64,000 bases of DNA, from the NCBI GenBank assembly GCA_051251855.1, contig JBPOGI010000001.1, positions 736,001 to 800,000 of the forward strand, given 5' to 3'. Shown piece by piece: positions 37,008 to 48,007 of the stretch (position 1 is its first letter; every line of letters begins with the position of its first letter). The stretch comes from Roseibacillus sp. Lineage in GTDB: Bacteria; Verrucomicrobiota; Verrucomicrobiia; Verrucomicrobiales; Akkermansiaceae. Position numbers and translations under genes: made by a program. The notes under the pieces are model-generated. The model saw nothing but the letters and a program-made list of their open reading frames with translations. It had not been told where the DNA came from and did not search any database.

Positions 37008-38714
37008 ATGAGTGAAGAATTGATTGTGGGTATCGACTTGGGGACGACGAATTCGGCGGTAGGAGTTGTGGAGTCGGGCTTTCCGATTTTGTTGGCAGAT
37101 AAAGAGGGACGCCGATTGACGCCAAGTGCAGTATGGTTCGGAGGGGACGCCGAGGTCGAGGTGGGTACTCCGGCGCTTCGTCGTCGGGGCCTAGGGGGAG
37201 TGGTGACGAGTGTGAAGCGCCTGATGGGGACTGGAGAGAAGGTTGCGGAACGGACTCCAGAAGAGGTCAGTAGTGAGATATTGAAAGCTCTCAAGACGGT
37301 TGCTGAAGAGCGGCTTGGGAAGGAGGTGCGCAAGGCGGTGATTACGGTGCCAGCGTATTTCAATGAGGGGCAGCGAGGGGCGACTCAGCGGGCTGGAGAG
37401 TTGGCGGGCTTGGAGGTAGTACGTTTGTTGAGTGAGCCTACGGCTGCGGCGTTGGCATACGGCTTGGACAAGTTGGGAGAGGATAGGCGTGTAGTGGTGT
37501 ATGATTTAGGGGGAGGAACGTTTGATGTTTCGATCTTGGAGCTGCGTTCAGGCCAGTTCGAGGTGTTGGCGACGGCGGGTGATACGCGTTTGGGAGGCGA
37601 TGATTTAGATGAGGCTATTTTGGGAGCGGCAGGAGTGGTGTTAAGCGAGTTGACTGAAGGGGAGCGGGGCCGTGTCCTTCAGGAAGCGGAACGGGTGAAG
37701 TTTGCGTTGAGTGAGGGTGAGGAAGCGGTCTTTAGGGTGCCGTTTTTGGGAGGCGAAGGAATCGAGAGGCCGATTTCGCGGGAGGAATTCGAGGATTTAA
37801 TCGAGCCGCTTTTGAAGCGAACGGAGGCCTGTTGTCGTCGGGCGATGGCGGATGCTGATTTGAAGCCAGAGGAGATCGAGGCGGTTGTTTTGGCTGGAGG
37901 AAGTACGCGAGTGCCTGCTGTGCGAAGGCGGGTGGAGGCGATTTTTGGGCGCGAAGTGGTGGAGGGGGTGGATCCTGATGAGACTGTGGGCCTTGGTGCC
38001 GCGATTCAGGCGGGGATTATTAGCGGTGCGGTTCGGGAAGTAGTGCTACTCGATGTCACTCCACTGAGTCTGGGGATCGAGACGGTTGGTGGGCTGATGA
38101 ACGTTCTGATTCCGCGCAATACCACGATTCCCTGCAAGGCAGGTGAGATGTTTACTAACGCAGTGGCAGGACAGAGTTCGATGAAAATTCGGGTCCTGCA
38201 AGGGGAGCGTGAATTGGCAAAGGACAATTGGGAACTAGGGGTGGTGGAAGTGCCTTTTGAGGCGTCGTCGAAAGGCCAGGCTCGAGTGGGAGTGCAGTTT
38301 TCGCTCGATGCGAGCGGTCTTCTGGAAATTTTGACGCGGGATACAGCGAGTGGTCAGGACACCATTTTGACGATCGAAAGCGCGGCGGTCGACGTGGCTG
38401 ATGCGCAAGTGGAGCAAATGGTTTCAGAAAGTGTGGACCATGCTTTTGCGGATATGAGCGCAAGGGTTTTTGTGGAAGCTAAACTTAAGGCTGAGGAGCT
38501 TCTTGGGGCGCTGGGGCCAGCTTTGGCGGAGGTGGGAGAGGTTTTGAGCGAGGAGGATTTGGCTGCGGTAAGGGAAGCGGAGGAGAAAGTGAGGGCTGAG
38601 CTTTCTTCCCCGAAACAGAGCGGTGCCTTGCTGAAGGCCGCGGTGGAAAATCTGGATGACGCGACGGAGCAACTGGCTGCTTTGGTAGTAGAACGTGCCA
38701 TGATGGGCGGGTAG
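37008..38714 (+). CDS. hscA: Specialised Hsp70 chaperone (HscA-like)
   Basis: [57 protein letters not shown]; only 568 aa. Confidence 0.75.
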   Translation: MSEELIVGIDLGTTNSAVGVVESGFPILLADKEGRRLTPSAVWFGGDAEVEVGTPALRRRGLGGVVTSVKRLMGTGEKVAERTPEEVSSEILKALKTVAEERLGKEVRKAVITVPAYFNEGQRGATQRAGELAGLEVVRLLSEPTAAALAYGLDKLGEDRRVVVYDLGGGTFDVSILELRSGQFEVLATAGDTRLGGDDLDEAILGAAGVVLSELTEGERGRVLQEAERVKFALSEGEEAVFRVPFLGGEGIERPISREEFEDLIEPLLKRTEACCRRAMADADLKPEEIEAVVLAGGSTRVPAVRRRVEAIFGREVVEGVDPDETVGLGAAIQAGIISGAVREVVLLDVTPLSLGIETVGGLMNVLIPRNTTIPCKAGEMFTNAVAGQSSMKIRVLQGERELAKDNWELGVVEVPFEASSKGQARVGVQFSLDASGLLEILTRDTASGQDTILTIESAAVDVADAQVEQMVSESVDHAFADMSARVFVEAKLKAEELLGALGPALAEVGEVLSEEDLAAVREAEEKVRAELSSPKQSGALLKAAVENLDDATEQLAALVVERAMMGG

Positions 38715-38764
38715 ATGGCCTCAGGGCTTGCAGCGAGCTCTCTTGTGTTAAAGAATCACCACTG

Positions 38765-40021
38765 ATGAACGAACAGGCGCGGGAGGTTTTCCTTTGTCCA
38801 GACTGCGGTGGCCCCTCAACGGCTACCGGAGACGGGAAAGCTGTTTGTTCTAAATGTCATAAGGGATTTCTATTGCCGGCGAGCGCTTCTCGAAATGTCC
38901 AAGCCCGAACTCCCATCGCTCCCAAAGGAAGACCGGGTGCGATTCAGCGAAACATCGCTTTGAAGCAAAAGGGGGGCATGACTGATTTTGGGCAAATGGA
39001 TAAGATCGAGGAACCGGAGTTGTCCGTCTCTGACCTTGAGCAGCTAAAAGTCGAGCGCGGTGAGAGACGAAAGAAGTTCAAGAAACGTAGTAAGCCACCT
39101 GTTCGGGTTTATTTGGGCTGGTTTGGACTTTGGATACTTGCCGTTGGCATTGTTCTTTTGGTGGTGTCACGTTTGCAAGAGCAGTTTGCTGGGGGAGAGA
39201 AAAATGCCCTGACGATCGCTGAGCGGTTGGTTGGTGAAGAGCGCGAATTTTATAGGCAAGAGTATCCTCGGATTTATTCCCAGTTTAGTGGATTCATAGC
39301 GTCTCGGAGGGCGAGCGAGATGGCAGAGTTTACCAGAGATTCTCATCAGCTGGAGCGAAAGATGGGTCGTCACTTCAAGGGGCAAACAGCAAGGCGGCCA
39401 AGTCTGGGCCTCAAGGACCAGCCTGTTTTTTGGAATGTTGCCTTCGAAGAGAGTCCCGGATTTGTGGAAGTCGTTTGGGATGGGAAAGAGTCTGGCTTTT
39501 TTGAAGGAGTATTTGTGAAAGTAGATGATGAGTGGTTACTCGATTGGGAACAGTATGCGCGCTATTCCTCTGAGAGTTGGACCTTGTTTCACAAGAGGAT
39601 TGGGGGGCAGCGAAGCGGAGTCTTTCGGGTCTATGTGGAAAAAGTCTCGGAAGGGGATGGGACCGATTTTGAGCCTTGGATGAAAGTGAAGATTTCTCCT
39701 CCGCATGCTGATACTCGGCGCAGGGAGTTGGAAGAAAGCGAGTCTATTCAACTCGAGGGGAAGAGTGGACTGAGGTCTGATTTTGTCTCCTTGTTTGCAG
39801 ATTTATCAGGACGGACTGAGGGCTTTTCCAAACTCTGGAAACGAGACCCAGATGGGCTACGTCGAGCGACTTTGGAGCTTGAGTGGGTGGCAGATCCGGT
39901 GAGTGGAGAAGAAAGAATGGTCATTAAGCGTCTTTTGGCTGAGAATTGGCGAGTATTGAATGCGGATGCAGGGCAACCTGCATCTGAAAATGATAGCAAG
40001 GACTTGACGAACGATGAGTAA
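38765..40021 (+). CDS. Hypothetical bitopic membrane protein with N-terminal Zn ribbon
   Basis: CPDCG...CSKC; basic stretch followed by one TM helix; large C-terminal domain. Confidence 0.7.
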   Translation: MNEQAREVFLCPDCGGPSTATGDGKAVCSKCHKGFLLPASASRNVQARTPIAPKGRPGAIQRNIALKQKGGMTDFGQMDKIEEPELSVSDLEQLKVERGERRKKFKKRSKPPVRVYLGWFGLWILAVGIVLLVVSRLQEQFAGGEKNALTIAERLVGEEREFYRQEYPRIYSQFSGFIASRRASEMAEFTRDSHQLERKMGRHFKGQTARRPSLGLKDQPVFWNVAFEESPGFVEVVWDGKESGFFEGVFVKVDDEWLLDWEQYARYSSESWTLFHKRIGGQRSGVFRVYVEKVSEGDGTDFEPWMKVKISPPHADTRRRELEESESIQLEGKSGLRSDFVSLFADLSGRTEGFSKLWKRDPDGLRRATLELEWVADPVSGEERMVIKRLLAENWRVLNADAGQPASENDSKDLTNDE

Positions 40022-41090
40022 GGAGAAGCCCCAATCTAATTTACCTGAAGGCCGGCGTGTATCGAAATCGAACTCGAGCCGTGAGAAGCTCTATTTGAAA
40101 AGGCAACAGTTGCTCGAAGAGATGCAGTCTTCGGATGACGAACGCCCAATTTCTGTTAGGGAACAAGTAGAGAAGCTCAAGTCAGGTAGTCCGGGGACAG
40201 GGGCTGATGAGGAAATGTGGGGAGCGAAGGAGAAAAGGAGAGCGAGTAGCCCGTGGATGCTCTGGGCAATCCTTGGATTAGTAATTCCGGTGGTGTTAGT
40301 TGGGCTAATTCTTTTGAGTAAGAACGGGAATGCGCCGTCAAGTGGTGGGAACTCAGGAACAGGATTGGACTTTGATACCCTCAGTGGAGCTGGAAAGGTG
40401 GAACCGCAGGATTGGTTTGTAGACAATTCGGGTGAGGCCTACTCTCGCGGTTTTGAGATTCTGGAAACCATGAGCCAGAAAGACTTAGCGATGGAGGATG
40501 TTGTTCCTTTTGTCCGGAGCAGCGCGCAGGCTGAGTTGCTTTTGGCATTGATTCAGAAAGGGGAGTGGTCAGGATTCGATACTAGAGATAGAACCCGAAT
40601 TCGGTGGTCATATGGCTCTTCAGGTGACGCGGGATTCATGACTTTAGAAGGGATAAGAAAGGATTTTCGTGAATTCAGGGCCTACTTTGTGCGAGATGAG
40701 AGTGAGATTTTGCTCGATGTTGAAGCAACACAATCGATGTCAGATATTCCTGTGGGTGAGTTGACAGGGGAATCGTTGGTTGGGGGCTCTCTCGTTCGTT
40801 GTTGGATTGCGAAGGAGCCTCACTTTGATGCACGCAGTGACGAAAGTCTTTTTTCTTGGTATCAGATTTTGGGACCCAATAAGGTTGATTTTGTGTGGGC
40901 CTATTGCAAGCGAGGAGACCCCCTTGACGAGCTTCTCAGGCAGAAGTTGAACTTCGGCCGTTTGATCGGAGAGCGGAAGTCCTATATTCGTGCGACTGTG
41001 AGGCTTGGAAACGCTCGTGGTTTTCGAGATGACGAGTTCCTCTTTGAGGAATTTCTCGCTGACGAATGGGTTTTGCCTACTGCTCAGTAG
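40014..41090 (+). CDS. Hypothetical bitopic membrane protein, paralog of the upstream gene
   Basis: One TM helix; C-terminal domain shares ordered motifs with 38765..40021. Confidence 0.7.
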   Translation: MSKEKPQSNLPEGRRVSKSNSSREKLYLKRQQLLEEMQSSDDERPISVREQVEKLKSGSPGTGADEEMWGAKEKRRASSPWMLWAILGLVIPVVLVGLILLSKNGNAPSSGGNSGTGLDFDTLSGAGKVEPQDWFVDNSGEAYSRGFEILETMSQKDLAMEDVVPFVRSSAQAELLLALIQKGEWSGFDTRDRTRIRWSYGSSGDAGFMTLEGIRKDFREFRAYFVRDESEILLDVEATQSMSDIPVGELTGESLVGGSLVRCWIAKEPHFDARSDESLFSWYQILGPNKVDFVWAYCKRGDPLDELLRQKLNFGRLIGERKSYIRATVRLGNARGFRDDEFLFEEFLADEWVLPTAQ

Positions 41091-41164
41091 GGTTTGATCC
41101 GCAGATTTTCGGCAAATCACGGGCTGGTATTTACAAATGGGCTGCTTTGGGTCATTGCAAAGCC

Positions 41165-43840
41165 ATGTCTGTCGAAACGGATTTACCCAAAGCATACGAG
41201 CCGAGTGAGGTTGAGAAGCGCTGGTATCAAGCGTGGCTCGATGAGGGCTGCTTTACCGCGGACCCCAATTCCAGCAAAGAAGGCTACGCCATTGCCATTC
41301 CTCCTCCGAATGTCACCGGGATTCTGCACTTGGGGCATGTATTGAATAATACCATTCAGGACGTTTTGGCTCGCCGTGCACGGCAAGAGGGTAAGGAAGT
41401 GCTTTGGCTCCCTGGCACTGATCATGCCGGTATCGCGACTCAGACAAAGGTTGAACGGCAAATTCGTGACGAGGAGGGAAAGACGCGGCGTGATCTTGGA
41501 CGCGAGGCCTTTTTAGAACGGGTCTGGGAATGGAAAGAAAAGCATGGGGGGATCATTATCAATCAGCTTAAGCGGTTAGGCTGCTCTTGCGACTGGAGTC
41601 GAGAGCGATTCACAATGGACGAGGACTACTCGCAGTGGGTCAGTCATGTCTTTAGCGAACTTTTCAAGCAGGGGCTCATTTATCGTGGCAAAAGAATGGT
41701 TAACTGGTGCCCTGTCTCTTTGACCGCTCTCTCGGACGAAGAGGTCATTATGAAGCCGCAGCGCTCGAAACTTTACTACATGAAGTATGAGGTCGTCGAC
41801 GCTCCTGGCGAGTTTTTGGAGATTGCCACCACTCGGCCTGAGACTCTCATGGGGGATGTCGCTGTGGCGGTCAATCCCAAGGATGAGCGTTTCGGTAAAT
41901 ATGTTGGTCGCATGGTTCGACGTCCGTTTCCTGAAGCTGATATTCCGGTGATTGCGGATGAACATGTCGATCCCGAATTTGGAACTGGTGCCCTGAAGAT
42001 CACTCCAGCACATGACAAAGCTGACTTCGAGATCGGCGTTCGTAACAACTTGGAGATTATTGATGTCCTCCATCCTGATGGGACGATCAATTTACCCGGA
42101 ATGCCAGAGTTCGATGGCCTGGACCGTTTTGTTGCGCGTCGCAAGGCGGCCGCCAAGCTTGAAGAGATGGGTCTGATGCTTAAGGTCGAGGAATACGAAA
42201 ACAATGTTGGTTACTCCGAGAGGGCTGATGTGCCGATTGAGCCTCGAATCTCGATGCAGTGGTTTCTAAAGTATCCTGCGGTTGAAGAAGCGCGGGCAGC
42301 AGTGGCTGATGGCGATATTACTTATCGTCCCGAGCGCTGGGCGAAGACTTATGCTCACTGGCTGGAGAATATCCAAGACTGGTGCATCTCGCGTCAACTT
42401 TGGTGGGGGCACCGAATTCCGGTATGGTATCGAGCCGATCAAGTTGATACCCTCAAGGATGCGGAGTCGTTGACTTTGACCGATATGAATTCAGGGCAGA
42501 TTCATGTAGGAGAGGACGCTCCCGCTGAAGGAGATTGGGTTCGTGACGATGATGTCCTTGATACTTGGTTCAGTTCTTGGCTTTGGCCCTTTGCGACGAT
42601 GACCAAGCTGGGGGAGGAAAGTCCGGAGGTGAAGAAATTCTATCCGACTGCAGACCTTGTGACGGGCCCTGATATCATTTTCTTCTGGGTGGCTAGAATG
42701 GTGATGGCTGGTTTTCACTTTCGTGGGGAACTTCCTTTTAAGAACGTTTTCTTCACCTCGATTATTAGGGACCTCAAGGGGCGCAAGATGAGTAAGTCGT
42801 TAGGTAATTCTCCTGACCCGATTGACTTGATGGAGAAGTATGGAGCAGATGGACTTCGCTTTGGTTTGATGCGCATTGCTCCAGTAGGTGCAGACGTGCG
42901 CTTTGACGAGACGCAGGTTGAAGAAGGGCGCAACTTTGCTAACAAGTTGTATAACGCTTGTCGTCTTAGGATGATGGCGGGTGGGAAGGTTGAGCTTGCT
43001 CCTCTTGATACCTCCAAGCTTCGTCCCTATCATCTCGATATTTTGGGGAAGTCTGACAAGTTGGCTCAGAATTTAACTCAAGCTTATGCGAACTACCGCT
43101 TCAATGACTTGGGGTCGTTGCTCTATGAATTTCTCTGGAGCGAAGTCTGTGATAAGTTCCTCGAGGCGGTTAAAAAGGACTTACGTGGCGATGCGGAAGG
43201 CACAGAGGCGACCCTTGCTGTGTTTGACCAAGTGATGTTGCGCTTCTTTCAAGCCCTTCATCCCTTCATGCCTCACCTAACTGAGGAGCTTGCCTCACGA
43301 ATGGGTTATCTTAAGGAGGGGGATTTCTTGATGAAGTTACCCTTAGCCCAAGAACCTTTGCTTGCTGAGGTGCCAGAATCGGCAGCTCGGGCTGAGGTTG
43401 TCTATGAGGTTGCTGGGCGATTGCGTAATTTGAAGGCTGAGTATCATTTGGCAGCTCGAAGAGATGTGCGGTTTGTCGTCAAGAATGCAGTCGATTGGTT
43501 GAGCGAGGAACTCGATGTCCTCGCTCTTCTCACTGGCGCCGAGACAATAGAAATCGATCCCTCGTTCGAAGTGGCTAAGGGAACTCCCACTGCTGTGACC
43601 GATGCGGGTGAATTCATTCTTCCTCTGGACGGGCTCATCGACGTAGAGGCCGAGAAAAAGCGCCTTGAGAAGGAGATTGCGAAAGTGGAGTCAGAGGTGG
43701 AAAAGAGTCTTAAGAAACTTCAAAATCCTCGATTTGTGGAAAATGCGAAGCCTGAAGTTGTTGCGGTGGAGAAGGAACGTCATGCCTCTTGGTTGGAAAA
43801 GCTCAAGCAGTTGCGGGAACTTCATTCTGCGCTAGTATAG
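41165..43840 (+). CDS. valS: Valine--tRNA ligase
   Basis: [39 protein letters not shown] and C-terminal coiled coil. Confidence 0.97.
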   Translation: MSVETDLPKAYEPSEVEKRWYQAWLDEGCFTADPNSSKEGYAIAIPPPNVTGILHLGHVLNNTIQDVLARRARQEGKEVLWLPGTDHAGIATQTKVERQIRDEEGKTRRDLGREAFLERVWEWKEKHGGIIINQLKRLGCSCDWSRERFTMDEDYSQWVSHVFSELFKQGLIYRGKRMVNWCPVSLTALSDEEVIMKPQRSKLYYMKYEVVDAPGEFLEIATTRPETLMGDVAVAVNPKDERFGKYVGRMVRRPFPEADIPVIADEHVDPEFGTGALKITPAHDKADFEIGVRNNLEIIDVLHPDGTINLPGMPEFDGLDRFVARRKAAAKLEEMGLMLKVEEYENNVGYSERADVPIEPRISMQWFLKYPAVEEARAAVADGDITYRPERWAKTYAHWLENIQDWCISRQLWWGHRIPVWYRADQVDTLKDAESLTLTDMNSGQIHVGEDAPAEGDWVRDDDVLDTWFSSWLWPFATMTKLGEESPEVKKFYPTADLVTGPDIIFFWVARMVMAGFHFRGELPFKNVFFTSIIRDLKGRKMSKSLGNSPDPIDLMEKYGADGLRFGLMRIAPVGADVRFDETQVEEGRNFANKLYNACRLRMMAGGKVELAPLDTSKLRPYHLDILGKSDKLAQNLTQAYANYRFNDLGSLLYEFLWSEVCDKFLEAVKKDLRGDAEGTEATLAVFDQVMLRFFQALHPFMPHLTEELASRMGYLKEGDFLMKLPLAQEPLLAEVPESAARAEVVYEVAGRLRNLKAEYHLAARRDVRFVVKNAVDWLSEELDVLALLTGAETIEIDPSFEVAKGTPTAVTDAGEFILPLDGLIDVEAEKKRLEKEIAKVESEVEKSLKKLQNPRFVENAKPEVVAVEKERHASWLEKLKQLRELHSALV

Positions 43841-43878
43841 GTGAGGAAAGTCTACTAAGGACTCTCATCCAACTCCCT

Positions 43879-44589
43879 ATGTCTAAAGTCTCAATAGATG
43901 AAGAGCAGAAGAAAGCTACCGCTATCCCTGTTGAAAGGGATACTCTCCGTAAGGCTCGGGTTGAGCTGAAGGACCTGCCTGCTATTCACTTTATAGAAGG
44001 TTTGGCTGAGGCTGAGCATGGCTCGGCGTCAAGTTTAGAGAAACAAGACGAGGTATCTACTCCTGAAGCTAAGTCAAAGAGTGTTGAGAATAGTCCAGCC
44101 AAGGAAGTGAAACCTCGAACTCCTGCTTTTCATCAGCCGGCTGTGGAGAAGGGATCTTCGCTCAACCGCAAAGCATTGGAGTCCACTAATCGTGGGAAGA
44201 AGCCAAGTTCGCGTCGCTTTGTGAGAGGGATCCTGCACCCTGCTGCATTCAAGGTGGCTTCGGCGGCGTTTTTTGCGATTGCAGTTCGTTTAGCGATGCT
44301 AGGAGCCGTTGTTCTAGGCACTCTGATCTTACTCGACCAAGTGGATGTTCAGTTGGCCTGGTATTTATTAATTCTTCCCATTGCTGCACTTCTTCACTTC
44401 GCGACGGTCGGAAGTGCTCGTTGCCGTGTTTGTGGGATCAAAGAGTTCGTGCCATCGGGGGCGCACAAGCATGTTAAAACCCATCGTTTTCTCTTTACTG
44501 GGCCTATTATCAGCACCGCGCTGCACTTGCTGTTGTTTAAGTGGTTCCACTGTATGTTCTGCGGAACTGCGGTGCGAATTAAGAAGTAG
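43879..44589 (+). CDS. Hypothetical membrane protein with C-terminal Cys/His metal-binding motifs
   Basis: Two TM helices, then CRVCG, HKH and CMFCG. Confidence 0.65.
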   Translation: MSKVSIDEEQKKATAIPVERDTLRKARVELKDLPAIHFIEGLAEAEHGSASSLEKQDEVSTPEAKSKSVENSPAKEVKPRTPAFHQPAVEKGSSLNRKALESTNRGKKPSSRRFVRGILHPAAFKVASAAFFAIAVRLAMLGAVVLGTLILLDQVDVQLAWYLLILPIAALLHFATVGSARCRVCGIKEFVPSGAHKHVKTHRFLFTGPIISTALHLLLFKWFHCMFCGTAVRIKK

Positions 44590-44593
44590 ATTT

Positions 44594-45046
44594 CTACTGA
44601 AGATTTTTGGAGTCGAGGCTGATTGTCACGGGACCTTCGTTCACAAGGCTGATCTGCATCGTTGCCCCGAAGCGACCTCTTCCAACTGGCTTGCAGATGG
44701 CGGTTGAAAGAGACTCACAGAATTGCTCATAAAGAGGTTCTGAGATGTCCGGCTTCGCAGCATCAAGGAACGAAGGGCGGTTTCCCTTTTTGGTAGAAGC
44801 TAAAAGAGTAAACTGGGAGACCACCGTGATCTCTCCCTGAACATCGGTGATGGAACGGTTCATTTTGCCATCTTCATCTTCGAAAATACGTATGTTAGCG
44901 ATTTTTTTGACCATCCAGTTAAGGTCTTCGTCGGTATCTTCAGTGGTCACCCCCAGAAGAACGAGAAAGCCCAGATCTTGCTCTGCGAGGGTTTGCCCTT
45001 CACTGGTGACCTTGGCCTGACTGACTCTTTGAAGAATAGCGCGCAT
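44594..45046 (-). CDS. dtd: D-aminoacyl-tRNA deacylase
   Basis: MRAILQRV, RIFED..GKMN, VSQFTL, GNRPSF and NEGPVT. Confidence 0.95.
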   Translation of the reverse strand: MRAILQRVSQAKVTSEGQTLAEQDLGFLVLLGVTTEDTDEDLNWMVKKIANIRIFEDEDGKMNRSITDVQGEITVVSQFTLLASTKKGNRPSFLDAAKPDISEPLYEQFCESLSTAICKPVGRGRFGATMQISLVNEGPVTISLDSKNLQ

Positions 45047-45074
45047 CGATTTGAAAGTGAGTGGAACAACAGGG

Positions 45075-45842
45075 CTACCAGGCCCCGATGGCGCCTGAGA
45101 ATCCCAAGGCAGTGGCTTCGCCTGCGCGAACAGCGGACTTTCCGACGGGGTTGGACGGGCAGATGAGGATAAGGCAAGGTAGCGCTTTATTCTCATCGGC
45201 TGCATTGATCGTTCCACGGTAGGTTTTTGCTCCAAAGGGGTCGACGAATTCGACGGGGAAGGACGAGGTCCCTGGGGTGAGACGCTCAGGCATAGCGGTG
45301 AGGAGGACAAAGTGACCCTGCATGCTTTGCCACTGACCGTTGCGCAGAACAAAACGACGAATCGACAGGATGGGGGGAAGCCCTTTTTGAAAAGATTTTC
45401 TAAGACGCTTGTGTGCGGTTTGCAGTTGGCGGTTGCTGTCCTTTCCCGGAGTAGCAAAGAAGAGTTCAGATTTAACTTTTGGGAGTTTCCAATCGAGCTT
45501 ACGCATTTCCTCGGCAATAACTGCGAGATCCGCAAAGTTGATGCCTCCCTTTAGCTGCCACCGTAAGCGATTGGGGAGGTTGGTGGAGGGGGCTTGGCCC
45601 CAAGATTTGATCACCGAAGCGATACGGGCTCGGTCGCTGGTTCCGGGGACTTTGAGGTAGGCTCTTTGCCAAGAGTCTTCACCCGAACCGAAAGCGTTAA
45701 GGAGGGAGGCGGGGCCACAAGAGTTACCAATACCATTTTTTTGGTCAACGAAGTCAAAGGAGCGATTGGCTGCCTTAAGTTCGAGTTCTTGGGCTGCGAG
45801 GGGAAGAAGCCCGAAAATAAGAAGAAATAGGAAGTGTTTCAC
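45075..45842 (-). CDS. Secreted hypothetical protein, possible papain-fold (C39-like) cysteine peptidase
   Basis: Signal peptide; Q....NSCGPASL, GHFV and VDP in C39-like order; GTG start overlaps the S8 stop. Confidence 0.5.
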   Translation of the reverse strand: MKHFLFLLIFGLLPLAAQELELKAANRSFDFVDQKNGIGNSCGPASLLNAFGSGEDSWQRAYLKVPGTSDRARIASVIKSWGQAPSTNLPNRLRWQLKGGINFADLAVIAEEMRKLDWKLPKVKSELFFATPGKDSNRQLQTAHKRLRKSFQKGLPPILSIRRFVLRNGQWQSMQGHFVLLTAMPERLTPGTSSFPVEFVDPFGAKTYRGTINAADENKALPCLILICPSNPVGKSAVRAGEATALGFSGAIGAW

Positions 45843-47437
45843 GGTTCAGCAGAGAAATCAAAGGTGCTGCTTTTGATGTTATTCTGCGGTTCGGCATCTT
45901 GAAAGGACTGATTGATGCGGGCTTCGCTGGTGACGAAGAAGTCGTTGCCGTCGGTGGGGAGTGCGGTAGGCACTTCAAAGGTCTGAATCTCTCCAGGCGA
46001 GAGCTGGGACACTCGCAAAGGAATCTCCGCATATGGGGTCGAGAGGGTCACAACAGCATTGGTGATGGACTCTGTGCCTTGGTTCTGCACCACGGTGATA
46101 AGGGTGTTGGAATTTCCGACTTCAACCAAATTAGAAACGGACGCAATATCGTAGATGCCACTAGTTTCAGAATTAATGACACGTCCGACATCTAAATGAC
46201 CGAGGCCATAGCTAGTGTCAGTCCCTGGAGTGCCCGCTTCGTTGGCATAGGTCATTACGTAGTCGGCGGCCTGAGTAGCGCTCAGCCCAAATTGGCTCAT
46301 TGCGGTGGCAATGGCGGCCGAGACGTAAGGTGCGCTGGCAGAGGTGCCGGTGAACTCGATGTAGCGATCGTCGGTCCAAGCCGCATAAACCTCGAGACCT
46401 GGGGCGGTGATATCAATATTTTCTCCGGTGTTGGAAAAATTGATTAACGAACCTTCTTTGTCCACGGCACCAACAGCGTAGACTTGTTCGTAGCCTGCGG
46501 GAAAGGCAGGTTGGTCAAAGCCTTCGTTACCGGAGGAGGCCACGATGACGGCTCCGCTCTCATAGGCGTATTGGACTGCTCTTTCCACTAGCGAGCTATC
46601 TCCATAGCTTCCCATTGAGACATTGATGACTTTGGCGCCCCCATTGACCGCAGCCACAATTCCCTCGGCGAGCTTGTAGGAGCTAGAGTCTCCATTGGAA
46701 TCAGCGACCCTAATATCGAGAAGGGTTGCGGATGGCGAAACTCCAGGAGTCAGCTCGTTGCTTCCACCAATCAAAGAGGCCACTGCAGTGCCGTGGCCAT
46801 GCTTAGCTAGAGAGGGGTTTTCTCCTTCTACGAGGTCGATGTGACGAATGTTGTCTGGGAGGGCTTCGTGAGCGCTGATTCCGGTATCGACGACGGCGAT
46901 GATGACATCTTTACCCCATTGGCTATTGTCGCCAGTAATCCCCAGCCACTCGAGGGCATTGCCTCGAAATCCTACGGCACTACCCTGCACTTCGCTGTCT
47001 CCCGGAGGAATAGGGAGAGTAACGAGATAGTTGTAGCCAGTGGAATCAGGATCTAGCAGGCCGTCGAAATCAGCTAGGTTGTCGAAACCAATCCAAACCG
47101 CACGCAGAGAGTCGAGGGAACCGAGGAGGCGAAGATTGGAAGAACTCAGCGAAGAGAGGAACTTTCGGTAGTCTTTTTCGTTGTCAAATTGGACAAGACG
47201 TTCGTTCGGACGCGCGAGAAGAGGATCGAGTTTTCCTAACTGGGATGAACGGCGAGGAGTCTGTCCACTGTTTTTACTTTCCGCAGGTTGCTGGGTTACT
47301 AATCGTTGTCGGCCTGGGCCAGAATCCTTGTCAACGTCGCTCTTACTGGCGACGTCTGAGCCAATCAACCAGCCTATGAGAACAATTATCGCGATAAAAA
47401 TAGCGCCCAGTCCTAGTTCGAGAGGTTTCAGTTTCAT
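45839..47437 (-). CDS. S8 subtilisin-like serine peptidase, membrane anchored, with C-terminal CARDB-like domain
   Basis: N-terminal TM helix; triad VVDTG, HGTAVA, GTSASAP; oxyanion motif SSGN. Confidence 0.9.
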   Translation of the reverse strand: MKLKPLELGLGAIFIAIIVLIGWLIGSDVASKSDVDKDSGPGRQRLVTQQPAESKNSGQTPRRSSQLGKLDPLLARPNERLVQFDNEKDYRKFLSSLSSSNLRLLGSLDSLRAVWIGFDNLADFDGLLDPDSTGYNYLVTLPIPPGDSEVQGSAVGFRGNALEWLGITGDNSQWGKDVIIAVVDTGISAHEALPDNIRHIDLVEGENPSLAKHGHGTAVASLIGGSNELTPGVSPSATLLDIRVADSNGDSSSYKLAEGIVAAVNGGAKVINVSMGSYGDSSLVERAVQYAYESGAVIVASSGNEGFDQPAFPAGYEQVYAVGAVDKEGSLINFSNTGENIDITAPGLEVYAAWTDDRYIEFTGTSASAPYVSAAIATAMSQFGLSATQAADYVMTYANEAGTPGTDTSYGLGHLDVGRVINSETSGIYDIASVSNLVEVGNSNTLITVVQNQGTESITNAVVTLSTPYAEIPLRVSQLSPGEIQTFEVPTALPTDGNDFFVTSEARINQSFQDAEPQNNIKSSTFDFSAEP

Positions 47438-47557
47438 AGGAGAATACGTTCTATAAACGTCGTTCAGGGGTAAGAGTAGCACGCAAATTGAATTATTCCC
47501 ATAAATTGGGGCGAGCTTCGTCATTGAAAGTGGGCTCTTCCGAGTCAATCCTCACCT

Positions 47558-48007
47558 ATGGACCGCTGTGAACATGGTCATCTTGTCTGTGCTGATACGG
47601 TCTTGGCCCGTGCAAAGGAGGGTGGCTTGCGCAAAACCAAGGCTCTGGAGACTGTTGTCGAGGCTCTTGCTGAGACGGGAACCCCTGTGCCGCTGACAGA
47701 GCTGGAGAAGATGCCTTCGGTTGCGGGGGTTTGTGATCGAACGACTCTTTTTCGACTTCTCAACCGATTGATCGAGCATGGACTCGTCCGTCGCTTGGGG
47801 CTGCATGAGCGTGCTGCTTACTTCACCCTTGCAATGCCGGGAGGGCATCATGACTACCTTATTTGTAAAGAGTGTGGTTCAGTGGAGATTCTACAGGTGG
47901 ATTGTCCAGTGCGTGAGTTAGAGAAAGAAGTGGCGCGAACAAGCGGTTATACTCAGCTTTATCACGAACTCGAACTTTACGGGGTTTGCCCCGGCTGCCA
48001 TGGCTAA
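47558..48007 (+). CDS. Fur family transcriptional regulator (Zur-like)
   Basis: GLRKT, DRTTLFRLL, HHDYLICKECG and LYGVCPGC. Confidence 0.88.
   Translation: MDRCEHGHLVCADTVLARAKEGGLRKTKALETVVEALAETGTPVPLTELEKMPSVAGVCDRTTLFRLLNRLIEHGLVRRLGLHERAAYFTLAMPGGHHDYLICKECGSVEILQVDCPVRELEKEVARTSGYTQLYHELELYGVCPGCHG

Noticed and set aside
44594..45535. N-terminally extended 313-aa Dtd, and similar extensions of valS, the thioesterase, FGE and CotH ORFs
   Set aside because: The extensions overlap neighbouring real genes; downstream ATGs match the family N-termini.
45835..45850. parS site
   Set aside because: Only the half-site TGTTTCACG matches, and it lies in a gene overlap.
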